Both the position numbers and the translations under genes were made by a program. A stretch of DNA of 64,000 nt. Source: Macrostomum lignano (lineage: Eukaryota). The first letter of the stretch is position 1, and every line of letters starts with the position of its first letter. Positions 37,525 to 51,295 of this stretch are shown here, one piece after another. The DNA lies in contig NIVC01001789.1 in the NCBI GenBank assembly GCA_002269645.1, positions 173,573 to 237,572 on the forward strand, written 5' to 3'. The notes beneath the pieces were generated by a model that saw only the letters and a program-made list of their open reading frames with translations, was not told the origin of the DNA and ran no database searches.

Positions 37525-39220
37525 CTGCACCTGAGCATCTGAGAGCAGGATGTCTGCAATCCCACCTGAGTATCTGAGTGCAGGATGTCTGCAATCCCAC
37601 CTGAGTATCTGAGTGCAGGATGTCTGCAATCCCACCTGAGTATCAGAGTGCAGGATGTCTGCAATCCCACCTGAGTCTCCGAGAGCAGGATGTCTGCAAT
37701 CACACCTGAGTCTCCGAGAGCAGGAGAGCAGGATGTCTGCAATCACACCTGAGTCTCCGAGAGCAGGATGTCTGCAATCACACCTGAGTATCTGAGTGCG
37801 AGATATCTGCAATCACACCTGAGTATCTGAGTGCGAGATGTCTGCAATCACACCTGAGTCTCCAAGAGCAGGATGTCTGCAATCACACCTGAGTCTCCAA
37901 GAGCAGGATGTCTGCAATCACACCTGAGTATCAGAGTGCAGGATGTCTGCAATCACACCTGAGTATCTGAGTGCAGGATGTCTGCAATCACACCTGAGCA
38001 TCTTAGTGCAGGATGTCTGCAATCACACCTGAGTATCTGAGTGCGAGATGTCTGCAATCACACCTGAGTCTCCAAGAGCAGGATGTCTGCAATCACACCT
38101 GAGTCTCCAAGAGCAGGATGTCTGCAATCACACCTGAGTATCAGAGTGCAGGATGTCTGCAATCACACCTGAGTATCTGAGTGCGAGATGTCTGCAATCA
38201 CACCTGAGTATCAGAGTGCAGGATGTCTGCAATCACACCTGAGCATCTGAGTGCGAGATGTCTGCAATCACACCTGAGCATCTTAGTGCAGGATGTCTGC
38301 AATCACACCTGAGCATCTTAGTGCAGGATGTCTGCAATCAATCACACCTGAGTATCAGAGTGCAGGATGTCTGCAACCACACCTGAGTATCAGAGTGCAG
38401 GATGTCTGCAATCAATCACACCTGAGTATCTGAGTGCAGGATGTCTGCAATCACACCTGAGCATCTTAGTGCAGGATGTCTGCAATAACACCTAAGCATC
38501 TGAGTGCAGGATGTCTGCAATCACACCTGAGCATCTGAGTGCAGGATGTCTGCAATAACACCTAAGCATCTGAGTGCAGGATGTCTGCAATCACACCTGA
38601 GCATCTGAGTGCAGGATGTCTGCAATCACACCTGAGTATCTGAGTGCAGGATGTCTGCAATCACACCTGAGCATCTGAGTGCGAGATGTCTGCAATCACA
38701 CCTGAGTATCAGAGTGCAGGATGTCTGCAATCACACCTGAGTATCAGAGTGCAGGATGTCTGCAATCACACCTGAGCATCTGAGTGCAGGATGTCTGCAA
38801 TCACACCTGAGTATCAGAGTGCAGGATGTCTGCAATCACACCTGAGCATCTGAGTGCAGGATGTCTGCAATCAATCACACCTGAGTATCAGAGTGCAGGA
38901 TGTCTGCAACCACACCTGAGTATCAGAGTGCAGGATGTCTGCAATCACACCTGAACATCTGAGTGCAGGATGTCTGCAATCACACCTGAGTATCAGAGTG
39001 CAGGATGTCTGCAATCAATCACACCTGAGTATCTGAGTGCAGGATGTCTGCAATCAATCACACCTGAGTATCAGAGTGCAGGATGTCTGCAACCACACCT
39101 GAGTATCAGAGTGCAGGATGTCTGCAATCAATCACACCTGAGTATCTGAGTGCAGGATGTCTGCAATCACACCTGAGCATCTTAGTGCAGGATGTCTGCA
39201 ATAACACCTAAGCATCTGAG
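37525..39220. repeat. 35-bp satellite (GAGTGCAGGATGTCTGCAATCACACCTGAGCATCT)n, left part
   Basis: Period 35. The array resumes at 43023 after the LINE insertion. Confidence 0.96.
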
Positions 39221-42200
39221 CAGATCAACACCCAGCACTGCGTGGCGGCGTCGGTCAACCTGATGCGCACGGCAGAGCAACAGCTTCCGGGCCTGGTCTT
39301 CGTACAGGAGCCCTGGATGACTAAAGGTAAGCCAAATAATGTGCCATCTGGCTACCACTGTTTTTGCATGGCGGGCTCTCAGCCTCGCCCAAGATCTCTG
39401 GTCTTTGCTGCAAAAGCTTTTGAGGCATGGATGAGACCTGATCTCTCGACTGGGGACATCTGTGTTGTTCAAATCAATAACCTCATTCCCAATAAACCTG
39501 TGCTGGTATTGATAGCTTCTGCCTATTTCCCGGGCGATGCCCCAGTTGTCTGCGACGCGTTAGTCAACCTTACTGACTATGCTGCGTCCCATCGGTTCGA
39601 GCTGCTCATTTCAGGGGATGTGAACGCACACCACCTGCATTGGGGCAGCAAGAACATCAATAGCAGAGGCGAGGAGCTGCTGGCCTATGTCAGCAGCACT
39701 AACCTCAACTTCTGTAACGTGGGCAATGCACCAACGTTCAATAATGGGCGGTGGGCCGAAGTCATCGACACCACCATCGCCTCACCCGGACTGCTTTCCG
39801 CAGTTACGGGCTGGCGAGTGTGGGACGAGGACTCGCTCTCGGACCACCGCTTTATCCGCTTTTGCATTGGGCCGACCAAGCAAAAGCCTAAGGTCACTTG
39901 GAGTCGGAACGTCAGGAACACCGATTGGGCCGCCTTTGGCTCGAAGCTGAGCCGCGGCCTTCGGGATCTTGACCCCCCCAGTGACCTCTCTGACTGCCAG
40001 GTGGTGGACGATCTCGCCTCCTCCCTGGGCGGGGCGATCACCACTGCCTTTGAAGCAGCCTGCCCCCTAAAGGCCTATAAAGGCAAGAAATCTGCTCCCT
40101 GGTGGAACCCAGAGCTCGGGGCCCTTCGACGCCGAGCCAGGACCCTCCAAAGGCGAGCGCTCAAAACCAAAGACCCATCTGACAGAGAGGCCTATACCCG
40201 TGCGATCCACGAGTTTAAGGGCCAAGTCAGAAGGGCCAAGACGGCCAAGTGGCGCCAATATTGCGAAGGGCTTGAGGGCTCTCGCCCCGTAGCCCGCGTG
40301 GTTAAGGCACTCACTAATGACCGTTTTTCTAAACTCTCTGTCGTGAAGAGACCTGACGGCTCGGTCACAGAGAGTTCGGAAGAGACTCTAGAGTTCATGC
40401 TCAGCAGTTTTTTCCCTAAATCTCCGACTCAGCAGGGCCCGCCCGACCACACAGTGGGAGGGCAAGGCCTAGCAAAGTCTATGATCACCAAAGACCGCAT
40501 TATTAGAGCGGCAAGGTCCTTTAACCCGTTCAAGGCGCCTGGGCCCGACGGCATCTACCCAGCGTTCTTGCACGAGGCGGTGAAAAACCACCGCTTCCTG
40601 GACCTGCTCTGTCGTCTCCTTCGAGCTTGTGTGGAGCTGGGCTATGTACCAGTTGCATGGAGAGAGGCCCGGGTGGTCTTTATCCCCAAGCCTGGAAAGA
40701 GCGACTACCAATCGGTGAAGGCCTTCAGGCCTATCAGCCTCACTTCTTTCTGCCTCAAGCTCCTCGAGAGACTGGTGCTTTGGCGCCTACTTTCGGTCGA
40801 TCTGAAGCGCTTCCCACTCTCGCAGAACCAGCACGCCTTCCGCGCGGGCAGGTCAACCGAGAGTGCTCTCCATGTCATTGTTGACTTCCTGGAGAGGGCC
40901 GTTCTTGGCAGCGGCTTTGCCCTCTCGCTTTTCCTGGACATTGAGGGGGCCTTCGACAACGTCATCTTCGAGGCCTTTTGCAGAGCCCTGGAATCCAGGG
41001 CCACGCACCCTCACCTTGTCCGGTGGATCATGTTCATGATCCGAAACCGCACTGTTGTGGCCCATCTGAGTGGCAGCTCTCTTTCGGTGCCTGTCCTGAA
41101 AGGGGGCCCCCAGGGCGGCGTTCTCACCCCCGTTCTCTGGAACATGGTCATGGATGAGTTGCTTTGCAGTGATCTCCACGACCCCATTCTCAAGGTGGGC
41201 TATGCCGATGATGTGACCGCGATATGCGCGGGCCCCTCGGTTGATACCATCAGAGACCTTCTGCAGGGCTTTCTGGGACGAGCGGAGCGTTGGGCAGACC
41301 AATGTGGCCTTAGACTCTCAGAGTCGAAAACCACAGCAGTCATGTTTACCAACAAACTGCTCTGGACCATTAAGCCCCTCACCCTCTATGGAAAGAATAT
41401 TTCCATGGAGAAGCAGGTCCGCTGCCTGGGCCTCACTCTGGACCACAGGCTTAACTGGACTCCGCACATTCAAACTAAAGCCAAAAAAGCCCTGGCTGTA
41501 CTGGCTCAGATCAGGCGCGCCGTGGGCACCACCTGGGGGCTCACCCCCAGGAAGCTCTGGTGGATTTACACTGCCATCATCCGCCCCTCGATCAGTTACG
41601 CCAGCCTCGTGTGGGCTAGCGGCCTGAGCGTCAAGAGCAACCTCGACGCTCTCTACAAAATCCAGGGCAGAGCCTGCCGCATGACTATGGGCGCTCCACC
41701 CTCTACTCCTTTTGAAGGCATGAATGCCTTCCTCTGTGCCCCTCCTTTGGATATTTATATCAAAGGAGAGGCGGCGAAGAGCACCCGGCGTCTTCTGGAT
41801 GCTGGGGTGGCCTTCAAGAAAGTGCGGGCCTTTAAGAAGCGGTCGCTTATCCCGCACTCTGACCTCTGCCTCAAGGCTCTCGAGGAGTGTGGCGGGCTCA
41901 ACATCCTCACGGACTCGATCCCAGCCACCCTTCTCCTGAGCCAAAGGTATAAGGTCACCATTCAGCCTCGACACGAGGCGAGTGACAGCTGGAGCGACTC
42001 TGAAGTCCACTGTTACACTGACGGCTCTATGAGGCATGGTCTTTCAGGCTTCGGAGCTTGCGTCTTCTTCAAGGGAGAAGTGGTGTGGAGCTACTCCCAG
42101 CACACTGGGCTCAACTCCAGTGTTTTTCAGAGCGAGGTGCTTGCCATCAGCTCCTGCGCGGCAGAGCTGCGCCGAAGGCAGCTTAGCGGCCGGAAATTTA

Positions 42201-43022
42201 TTTTTCACTCTGACAGCCAAGCAGCCCTTCGGGCCCTCTGCCGCAGCACCGCCAGCTCCAGGTCCGTCCTGGACTGCAACACCCAGCTCAACGGGCTTGC
42301 GCTAGGCAACCAGGTGGAGCTCAGATGGATCCCGGGCCACGCCGGCTTCCCGGCAACGAGCGCGCTGACCTGCTGGCCAAGGCTGGCTCCGCCGGCGCGC
42401 TATTGGGGCCGGGCCCGGGTGCCCCCATCCCCGCCTCGGTGATCAATTCCCGCGTTAAGCGCTGGGCTGACTCCGAGCATCTCCGCAGGTGGCACGACAC
42501 CCGGAATTGTAGGCAATCCCGTGCTGCCGTCCCCTGCCCCTCTCCTCTCCTGCGTAGAGCCCTCCTCAGGCTCAACCGCAGAGACCTCAGAGCAGTTAGC
42601 ATGGCCCTCTCCGGGTATGGCTGCTTCTCTCGCCACCGCTTCCTTCAGGGCCAAGTACCCGAGGAGCGGTGCCCCTTCTGCCGCTCAGGCAGTGAAAACG
42701 CCGAGCATTTTATCTGCCACTGCCAGGTTTTCACCAGGGCCAGGCTTACTCACCTCGGGCCAAACCCGGTTCTCTCCGACGTTTGCAGGCCCGAGAGCAT
42801 CCCGCTGCTCGCCCGGTACCTCAGGGACACCGGACGAGCTGATTTCTTCCCCACCGTCGGTGAGGAGGACCGCGCTGCAGGCGAGACCGACGGGTCCCCC
42901 TGAGCGACACCACTTCAACGGAAGTCGTTGGTCGCCAGGGGCTAGCGGAATGGGCGGTCTCCTCCGCCTCCTCGCTGCATCCGCCGGACGCCCCCTGCAG
43001 CTAAGTCAAAGTAAGTCAAGTC
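39221..43022 (+). mobile_element. 5'-truncated non-LTR retrotransposon, I-group (Loa/R1/Tad1-like): APE endonuclease, RT, RNase H, CCHC
   Basis: The frame opens QINTQHC...VQEPW...GDVNAHH...SDH (APE). RT: KAPGPDG, FRPISL, QHAFR, FLDIEGAFD, PQGGVL, YADD. RNase H: YTDGS, SEVLAI, SDSQAAL, WIPGHAG then GNERADLLAK after a 1-bp frameshift at about 42350. C-terminal CPFC...H...C, stop at 42903, (AAGTC)n tail, TSD AAGCATCTGAG at 39210-39220 and 43023-43033. Confidence 0.95.
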
Positions 43023-43225
43023 AAGCATCTGAGTGCAGGATGTCTGCAATCACACCTGAGCATCAGAGTGCAGGATGTCTGCAATCACACCTGAGCATCT
43101 GAGTGCAGGATGTCTGCAATCAATCACACCTGAGTATGAGTGCAGAATGTCTGCAATCACACCTTAGTATGAGTGCAGGATGTCTGCAATCACACCTGAG
43201 TATCCGAGAGCAGGATGTCTGTCAC
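43023..43225. repeat. 35-bp satellite, right part
   Basis: Same unit as 37525-39220. Confidence 0.95.
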
Positions 43226-44212
43226 CTGAGTATTTAAGTGTGGGTTTTTACATCCGGGATTTATGCTTTCTACATGTTGAAAGAGTTACAAATCGTCTAT
43301 TTCTCAAAGCCAACGCCTAGATAAAAAACCCTTATTTTTATTTTATTTTACTGTCAAAAATAAAATCGTGTTGCTGGATGATGAAACTGTCGATTGTTCA
43401 GCGTCGTGGATGATCAGATTGAAAGAACGACAAGGTTCTCCGATGCCCCGTAGAGATAATCTTGGATGATAAAGATTTGCAGTTTCCCTTAGCGAATCTA
43501 TCATAACCCTTCATCTAACTTTCGAATTTCATTTTCCCAATTCGTCTGCGTGTTTTGTCATCCCAGCTAGTCGCTCTGGGAGATGCTCTTTCGTTGGTCC
43601 GCAGCGTGTAACACCTATTGGATTTACAGTGACAGCGATTTATCAGATTATCGCTAATTAATCCCTTATGAGGCTGAGCAAACATAAAATGCTTCGGTTT
43701 TTGTAGATCAAATCTACCTGGCACAGTTTAGTGTTGAGCAAATTTTTCCCCCAGAAAAGTTCGTCCGCCTGAGTACAACGGACAGACAGGCGAGTCAGCC
43801 GGGCGGGCGGGTTCCGCATTGCTTTGAGCAAACACTGCCTGATTGCAGACATCCTGCACCGGAGCTGTCCCTAAATGAGGCCAAGGCGTGGCTGATATTC
43901 TACCATGTGGCGCACGGGCAATCGCATTTGCCTAAGAGATGAAGTTTAAATGAATATGGCTGGGGGAGTCGCCACGGAGACAGATACGATGAGGGAGAGT
44001 GTGTGAGACGAAAGCGATGTATTAGCAAAAATACTTCAAAAAGAGAGAAAAGAACGAAAACTTGGAACTCGTGATAAAAGCTTATGCAGACATTTCATCT
44101 CACTAATTCATTACGATTCAACATTATTTAAAAAAGAAATTTTCCTGTCCTAGAGGGAGAATTTCTCATTTAATTTATTAGAAAATACCCCCATCGAAAG
44201 GGTAGAATTCAT

Positions 44213-44470
44213 CATATGAGAATTCCCCATTCATCACATGAGAATTCCCCATTCAGCATATGATAATTCATCATTCATCATATGAGAATTCCCCATTCAT
44301 CATATGAGAATTCCCCATTCAGCATATGAGAATTCTCCATTCATCATATGAGAATTCCCCATTCATCATATGATAATTCATCATTCATCATATGAGAATT
44401 CTCCATTCATTGTATGAGAATTCTCCATTCATTGTATGAGAATTCCCACAATCATAAATGGAGAATTCCC
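44213..44470. repeat. 22-bp minisatellite (CATATGAGAATTCCCCATTCAT)n
   Basis: Direct reading. Confidence 0.9.
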
Positions 44471-45214
44471 CAGTCTTCATGCCAGAAATTCTTCCCATTA
44501 ACGTGAGAAATTCGCTTCCTATCTGCTACATAAGCATATTTTGTACTGCGTGATCAATCCACCGATATGTAGCGTAACTAACTTTTTGGATATTTTCTTT
44601 AATTTTCAATTTCTTCAATTTCAAGCAAGCTAAAAATGGCATGACTTGGCTTTTCACATTTTTCGGTAGAAGAAGAAGAAGACGAAGAAAGCAGAAGTAT
44701 TTTCAATTTCTGCTTATCCGAGAGACAGCCAACGCGGAAACACTTCCCTGTCTTGGTCTTGTGCGGGAAATTGCGAGCCGTAGAGGGTAGACCCGGTAGG
44801 TCCCCTCTAAGCGGATATTGAGTCCGCAACAGGAAGTCCTATTTGTTTCCTTTTGGCTGATTCCCATCTTCAGCAGTTAAATTGTCACCAGCCGGATATA
44901 TTGATATATTAGGTCACGTGACTTCTATAAAAATAGTGAATCAAATCAACAGCTAGAAATTCAGGCATCTTGATTCGGAAATTGCCTTGAGAAGCAACTT
45001 TGTTGGAGTTTTATATTTAACGGCACTGATAGGGGCGCCTTTTCGGACTCAAAATCTAATTATCGATAGGTCCGGCATTGGATTTTACATTTCACTTAAT
45101 CAGGAACTGAGTGAGCGAGTTGCAGATGAGGCAGGTCAGAGGGAAATTAGAGATTAATTGAAGAGAAAGAAGGGGCGAAGTGGGTTACGGGAAAGGGGAC
45201 ACGCTGGATCAGAG

Positions 45215-48200
45215 AGAGAGGGAGATAGATCGGGGAGAGAGGGAGATAGATCGTGGAGTGAGGGAGATAGATCGGGGAGAGAGGGAGATAGATCGGGGAG
45301 AGAGGGAGATAGATCGGGGAGAGAGGGAGATAGATCGTGGAGTGAGGGAGATAGATCGGGGAGAGAGGGAGATAGATCGGGGAGAGAGGGAGATAGATCG
45401 GGGAGAGAGGGAGATAGATCGGGGAGAGGGAGATAGATCGTGGAGTGAGGGAGATAGATCGGGGAGAGAGAGAGATAGATCGGGGAGAGAGGGAGATAGA
45501 TCGTGGAGTGAGGGAGATAGATCGTGGAGTGAGGGAGATAGATCGGGGAGAGAGGGAGATAGACCGGGGAGAGAGGGAGATAGATCGTGGAGTGAGGGAG
45601 ATAGATCGGGGAGAGAGGGAGATAGATCGGGGAGAGAGGGAGATAGATCGTGGAGTGAGGGAGATAGATCGGGGAGAGAGGGAGATAGATCGGGGAGAGA
45701 GGGAGATAGATCGGGGAGAGAGGGAGATAGATCGTGGAGTGAGGGAGATAGATCGTGGAGTGAGGGAGATAGATCGGGGAGAGAGGGAGATAGATCAGAG
45801 AGAGAGGGAGATAGATCGGGGAGAGAGGGAGATAGATCGTAGAGTGAGGGAGATAGATCGGGGAGAGAGGGAGATAGATCGGGGAGAGAGGGAGATAGAT
45901 CGGGGAGAGAGGGAGATAGATCGGGGAGAGAGGGAGATAGATCAGGGAAAGAGGGAGATAGATCAGGGAAAGAGGGAGATAGATCGTGGAGTGAGGGAGA
46001 TAGATCGGGGAGAGAGGGAGATAGATCGTGGAGTGAGGGAGATAGATCGGGGAGAGAGGGAGATAGATCGGGGAGAGAGGGAGATAGATCGGGGAGAGAG
46101 GGAGATAGATCGTGGAGTGAGGGAGATAGATCGTGGAGTGAGGGAGATAGATCGGGGAGAGAGGGAGATAGATCGGGGAGAGAGGGAGATAGATCGGGGA
46201 GAGAGGGAGATAGATCAGGGAAAGAGGGAGATAGATCGTGGAGTGAGGGAGATAGATCGGGGAGAGAGGGAGATAGATCGTGGAGTGAGGGAGATAGATC
46301 GGGGAGAGAGGGAGATAGATCAGGGAAAGAGGGAGATAGATCGTGGAGTGAGGGAGATAGATCGGGGAGAGAGGGAGATAGATCAGGGAAAGAGGGAGAT
46401 AGATCGTGGAGTGAGGGAGATAGATCGGGGAGAGAGGGAGATAGATCGGGGAGAGAGGGAGATAGATCAGGGAAAGAGGGAGATAGATCGTGGAGTGAGG
46501 GAGATAGATCGGGGAGAGAGGGAGATAGATCGGGGAGTGAGGGAGATAGATCGGGGAGAGAGGGAGATAGATCAGGGAAAGAGGGAGATAGATCGTGGAG
46601 TGAGGGAGATAGATCGTGGAGTGAGGGAGATAGATCGGGGAGAGAGGGAGATAGATCGGGGAGAGAGGGAGATAGATCGTGGAGTGAGGGAGATAGATCG
46701 GGAGAGAGAGGAGATAGATCGTGGAGTGAGGGAGATAGATCGGGGAGAGAGGGAGATAGATCAGGGAAAGAGGGAGATAGATCGTGGAGTGAGGGAGATA
46801 GATCGGGGAGAGAGGGAGATAGATCGTGGAGTGAGGGAGATAGATCGGGGAGAGAGGGAGATAGATCGGGGAAAGAGGGAGATAGATCGTGGAGTGAGGG
46901 AGATAGATCGGGGAGAGAGGGAGATAGATCGTGGAGTGAGGGAGATAGATCGGGGAGAGAGGGAGATAGATCAGGGAAAGAGGGAGATAGATCGTGGAGT
47001 GAGGGAGATAGATCGTGGAGTGAGGGAGATAGATCGGGGAGAGAGGGAGATAGATCAGGGAAAGAGGGAGATAGATCGTGGAGTGAGGGAGATAGATCGG
47101 GGAGAGAGGGAGATAGATCGTGGAGTGAGGGAGATAGATCGTGGAGTGAGGGAGATAGACCGGGGAGAGAGGGAGATAGATCAGGGAAAGAGGGAGATAG
47201 ATCGTGGAGTGAGGGAGATAGATCGGGGAGAGAGGGAGATAGATCGTGGAGTGAGGGAGATAGATCGGGGAGAGAGGGAGATAGATCAGGGAAAGAGGGA
47301 GATAGATCGTGGAGTGAGGGAGATAGATCGGGGAGAGAGGGAGATAGATCGTGGAGTGAGGGAGATAGATCGGGGAGAGAGGGAGATAGATCAGGGAAAG
47401 AGGGAGATAGATCGTGGAGTGAGGGAGATAGATCGGGGAGAGAGAGAGATAGATCGTGGAGTGAGGGAGATAGATCGGGGAGAGAGGGAGATAGATCGTG
47501 GAGTGAGGGAGATAGATCGGGGAGAGAGGGAGATAGATCGTGGAGTGAGGGAGATAGATCGGGGAGTGAGGGAGATAGATCGGGAGAGAGGGAGATAGAT
47601 CAGGGAAAGAGGGAGATAGATCGTGGAGTGAGGGAGATAGATCGGGAGAGAGGGAGATAGATCGTGGAGTGAGGGAGATAGATCGGGGAGAGAGGGAGAT
47701 AGATCAGGGAAAGAGGGGATAGATCGTGGAGTGAGGGAGATAGATCGGGGAGAGAGGGAGATAGATCGTGGAGTGAGGGAGATAGATCGGGGAGAGAGGG
47801 AGATAGATCAGGGAAAGAGGGAGATAGATCGTGGAGTGAGGGAGATAGATCGGGGAGAGAGGGAGATAGATCAGGGAAAGAGGGAGATAGATCGTGGAGT
47901 GAGGGAGATAGATCGTGGAGTGAGGGAGATAGATCGGGGAGAGAGGGAGATAGATCAGAGAGAGAGGGAGATAGATCGGGGAGAGAGGGAGATAGATCGT
48001 AGGGTGAGGGAGATAGATCGGGGAGAGAGGGAGATAGATCGGGGAGAGAGGGAGATAGATCGGGGAGAGAGGGAGATAGATCGGGGAGAGAGGGAGATAG
48101 ATCAGGGAAAGAGGGAGATAGATCAGGGAAAGAGGGAGATAGATCGTGGAGTGAGGGAGATAGATCGGGGAGAGAGGGAGATTGATCAGGGAAAGAGGGA

Positions 48201-50258
48201 GATAGATCGTGGAGTGAGGGAGATAGATCGGGGAGAGAGGGAGATAGATCAGGGAAAGAGGGAGATAGATCGGGGAGAGAGAGAGATAGATCGTGGAGTG
48301 AGGGAGATAGATCGGGGAGAGAGGGAGATAGATCGTGGAGTGAGGGAGATAGATCGGGGAGAGAGGGAGATAGATCGTGGAGTGAGGGAGATAGATCGTG
48401 GAGTGAGGGAGATAGATCGGGGAGAGAGGGAGATAGATCAGGGAAAGAGGGAGATAGATCGTGGAGTGAGGGAGATAGATCGGGGAGAGAGGGAGATAGA
48501 TCGGGGAGAGAGGGAGATAGATCGTGGAGTGAGGGAGATAGATCGGGGAGAGATAGATCGGAGATAGATCAGGGAAAGAGGGAGATAGATCGTGGAGTGA
48601 GGGAGATAGATCGGGGAGAGAGGGAGATAGATCGTGGAGTGAGGGAGATAGATCGGGGAGAGAGGGAGATAGATCAGGGAAAGAGGGAGATAGATCGTGG
48701 AGTGAGGGAGATAGATCGGGGAGAGAGGGAGATAGATCAGGGAAAGAGGGAGATAGATCGTGGAGTGAGGGAGATAGATCGGGGAGAGAGGGAGATAGAT
48801 CGTGGAGTGAGGGAGATAGATCGGGGAGAGAGGGAGATAGATCAGGGAAAGAGGGAGATAGATCGTGGAGTGAGGGAGATAGATCGGGGAGAGAGGGAGA
48901 TAGATCAGGGAAAGAGGGAGATAGATCGTGGAGTGAGGGAGATAGATCGGGGAGAGAGAGAGATAGATCGTGGAGTGAGGGAGATAGATCGGGGAGAGAG
49001 GGAGATAGATCGTGGAGTGAGGGAGATAGATCGGGGAGAGAGGGAGATAGATCGTGGAGTGAGGGAGATAGATCGGGGAGTGAGGGAGATAGATCGGGGA
49101 GAGAGGGAGATAGATCAGGGAAAGAGGGAGATAGATCGTGGAGTGAGGGAGATAGATCGGGGAGAGAGGGAGATAGATCGTGGAGTGAGGGAGATAGATC
49201 GGGGAGAGAGGGAGATAGATCAGGGAAAGAGGGGGATAGATCGTGGAGTGAGGGAGATAGATCGGGGAGAGAGGGAGATAGATCGTGGAGTGAGGGAGAT
49301 AGATCGGGGAGAGAGGGAGATAGATCAGGGAGAGAGAGAGATAGATCGTGGAGTGAGGGAGATAGATCGGGGAGAGAGGGAGATAGATCGTGGAGTGAGG
49401 GAGATAGATCGGGGAGAGAGGGAGATAGATCGTGGAGTGAGGGAGATAGATCGGGGAGTGAGGGAGATAGATCGGGGAGAGAGGGAGATAGATCAGGGAA
49501 AGAGGGAGATAGATCGTGGAGAGAGGGAGATAGATCGGGGAGAGAGGGAGATAGATCGGGGAGAGAGGGAGATAGATCAGGGAAAGAGGGAGATAGATCA
49601 GGGAAAGAGGGAGATAGATCGTGGAGTGAGGGAGATAGATCGGGGAGAGAGGGAGATTGATCAGGGAAAGAGGGAGATAGATCGTGGAGTGAGGGAGATA
49701 GATCGGGGAGAGAGGGAGATAGATCAGGGAAAGAGGGAGATAGATCGTGGAGTGAGGGAGATAGATCGGGGAGAGAGAGAGAGATAGATCGTGGAGTGAG
49801 GGAGATAGATCGGGGAGAGAGGGAGATAGATCGTGGAGTGAGGGAGATAGATCGGGGAGAGAGGGAGATAGATCGTGGAGTGAGGGAGATAGATCGTGGA
49901 GTGAGGGAGATAGATCGGGGAGAGAGGGAGATAGATCAGGGAAAGAGGGAGATAGATCGTGGAGTGAGGGAGATAGATCGGGGAGAGAGGGAGATAGATC
50001 GTGGAGTGAGGGAGATAGATCGGGGAGAGAGGGAGATAGATCAGGGAAAGAGGGAGATAGATCGTGGAGTGAGGGAGATAGATCGGGGAGAGAGGGAGAT
50101 AGATCGGGGAGTGAGGGAGATAGATCAGGGAGAGAGGGAGATAGATCAGGGAAAGAGGGAGATAGATCGGGGAGTGAGGGAGATAGATCGGGGAGAGAGG
50201 GAGATAGATCAGGGAAAGAGGGAGATAGATCGGGGAGAGAGGGAGATAGATCGGGGGG
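45215..50258. repeat. 21-bp minisatellite GGGAGATAGATC+(GGGGAGAGA/GTGGAGTGA/AGGGAAAGA), about 5 kb
   Basis: About 240 units with three interspersed variants. The EREIDRG ORFs are repeat translations. Confidence 0.97.
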
Positions 50259-51074
50259 ATAAAGTGACGCATTTTAAACTCGCTCGTAAGGTAGAAAAAC
50301 TGATGGCATCGCTGAAGTTTCATCGACTGTTTGTCATCAATAGAAGAAGAACTACCAAGGGAAGAACTACCAACTACCATATTTTGCTGCATCGGAACGG
50401 GCACACGAAATTCAAGAACACGGGCTAACTTTTTTGCACACATTCTTAAACAAGAATCAAATCAAGCCCTCCGGACCGTCGTCGAGATATTCAACGATTC
50501 TGCCAGGGAAGGTCGGATTCTTCCGATAAGCGCCAGTGCAGATCAATGCACCCCTGTGCGTCAATCAGCACTGCGCCTCAGTGCAGCCTTGACAAGCCTC
50601 CAAATTTCATCAGCATGTCGACCACATGTGTCTACATCAGCTCTGACTTCAATGGTCACTGGCCATCATCCAGGCGGAGCTTCTGGAACTTCGACAGGTG
50701 ACACCAGGTAACTATGGAAGCCTGTTTCTCTTTAGTTTCGCTAGTACAATCACTCCAGTAGCAAGTTGTTCAACTTGGATTAGCCAATTATAAGACGAGT
50801 GTAAGTAGCTTCGCAGGAGATCATGGCATTTTTTCTGTTAATTTTTGTATCGTTTCAAACGCACAAATGCGTCACCAAGTATTCCAGTTTTCAGCCATAC
50901 GAATAAAATGCACAATGACCTATGGTATACACGAGCTATCATATGCATTTTATCGATATTTTACTTTATTTATTAAGAGCATAAAACGGTAGCTGCCTAC
51001 TATCAATAGTACGCTGTGCATAATGTTTCTGGGTGGTTAAAATCTGATTGGTATCTACGAGCTTAGGAGCGCCA

Positions 51075-51295
51075 GTCTACGCCAATCTGGGGTGTAAGCT
51101 AGAGCGCCAATCTGGGGGTAGCTAGGGCGCCAATCTGGGGATAGCTAGGGCGCCAATCTGGGGATAGCTAGGGCGCCAATCTGGGGATAGCTAGGGCGCC
51201 AATCTGGGGATAGCTAGGGCGCCAATCTGGGATAGCTAGGGCACCAATCTGGGGATAGCGCCAATCTGGGGATAGCTAGGTTCGCCAATCTGAGG
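51075..51295. repeat. 23-bp minisatellite (GCTAGGGCGCCAATCTGGGGATA)n
   Basis: Period 23 (51121, 51144, 51167). Confidence 0.92.

Noticed and set aside
45445-50428. Coiled-coil-like EREIDRG ORFs up to 717 aa
   Set aside because: Frames break at random indels, there are no ATG starts or unique domains, and they are pure 21-bp repeat.
50331-50711. 126-codon + strand ORF ending near CAG|GTAACT
   Set aside because: Might be an exon, but I found no partner exons or homology.
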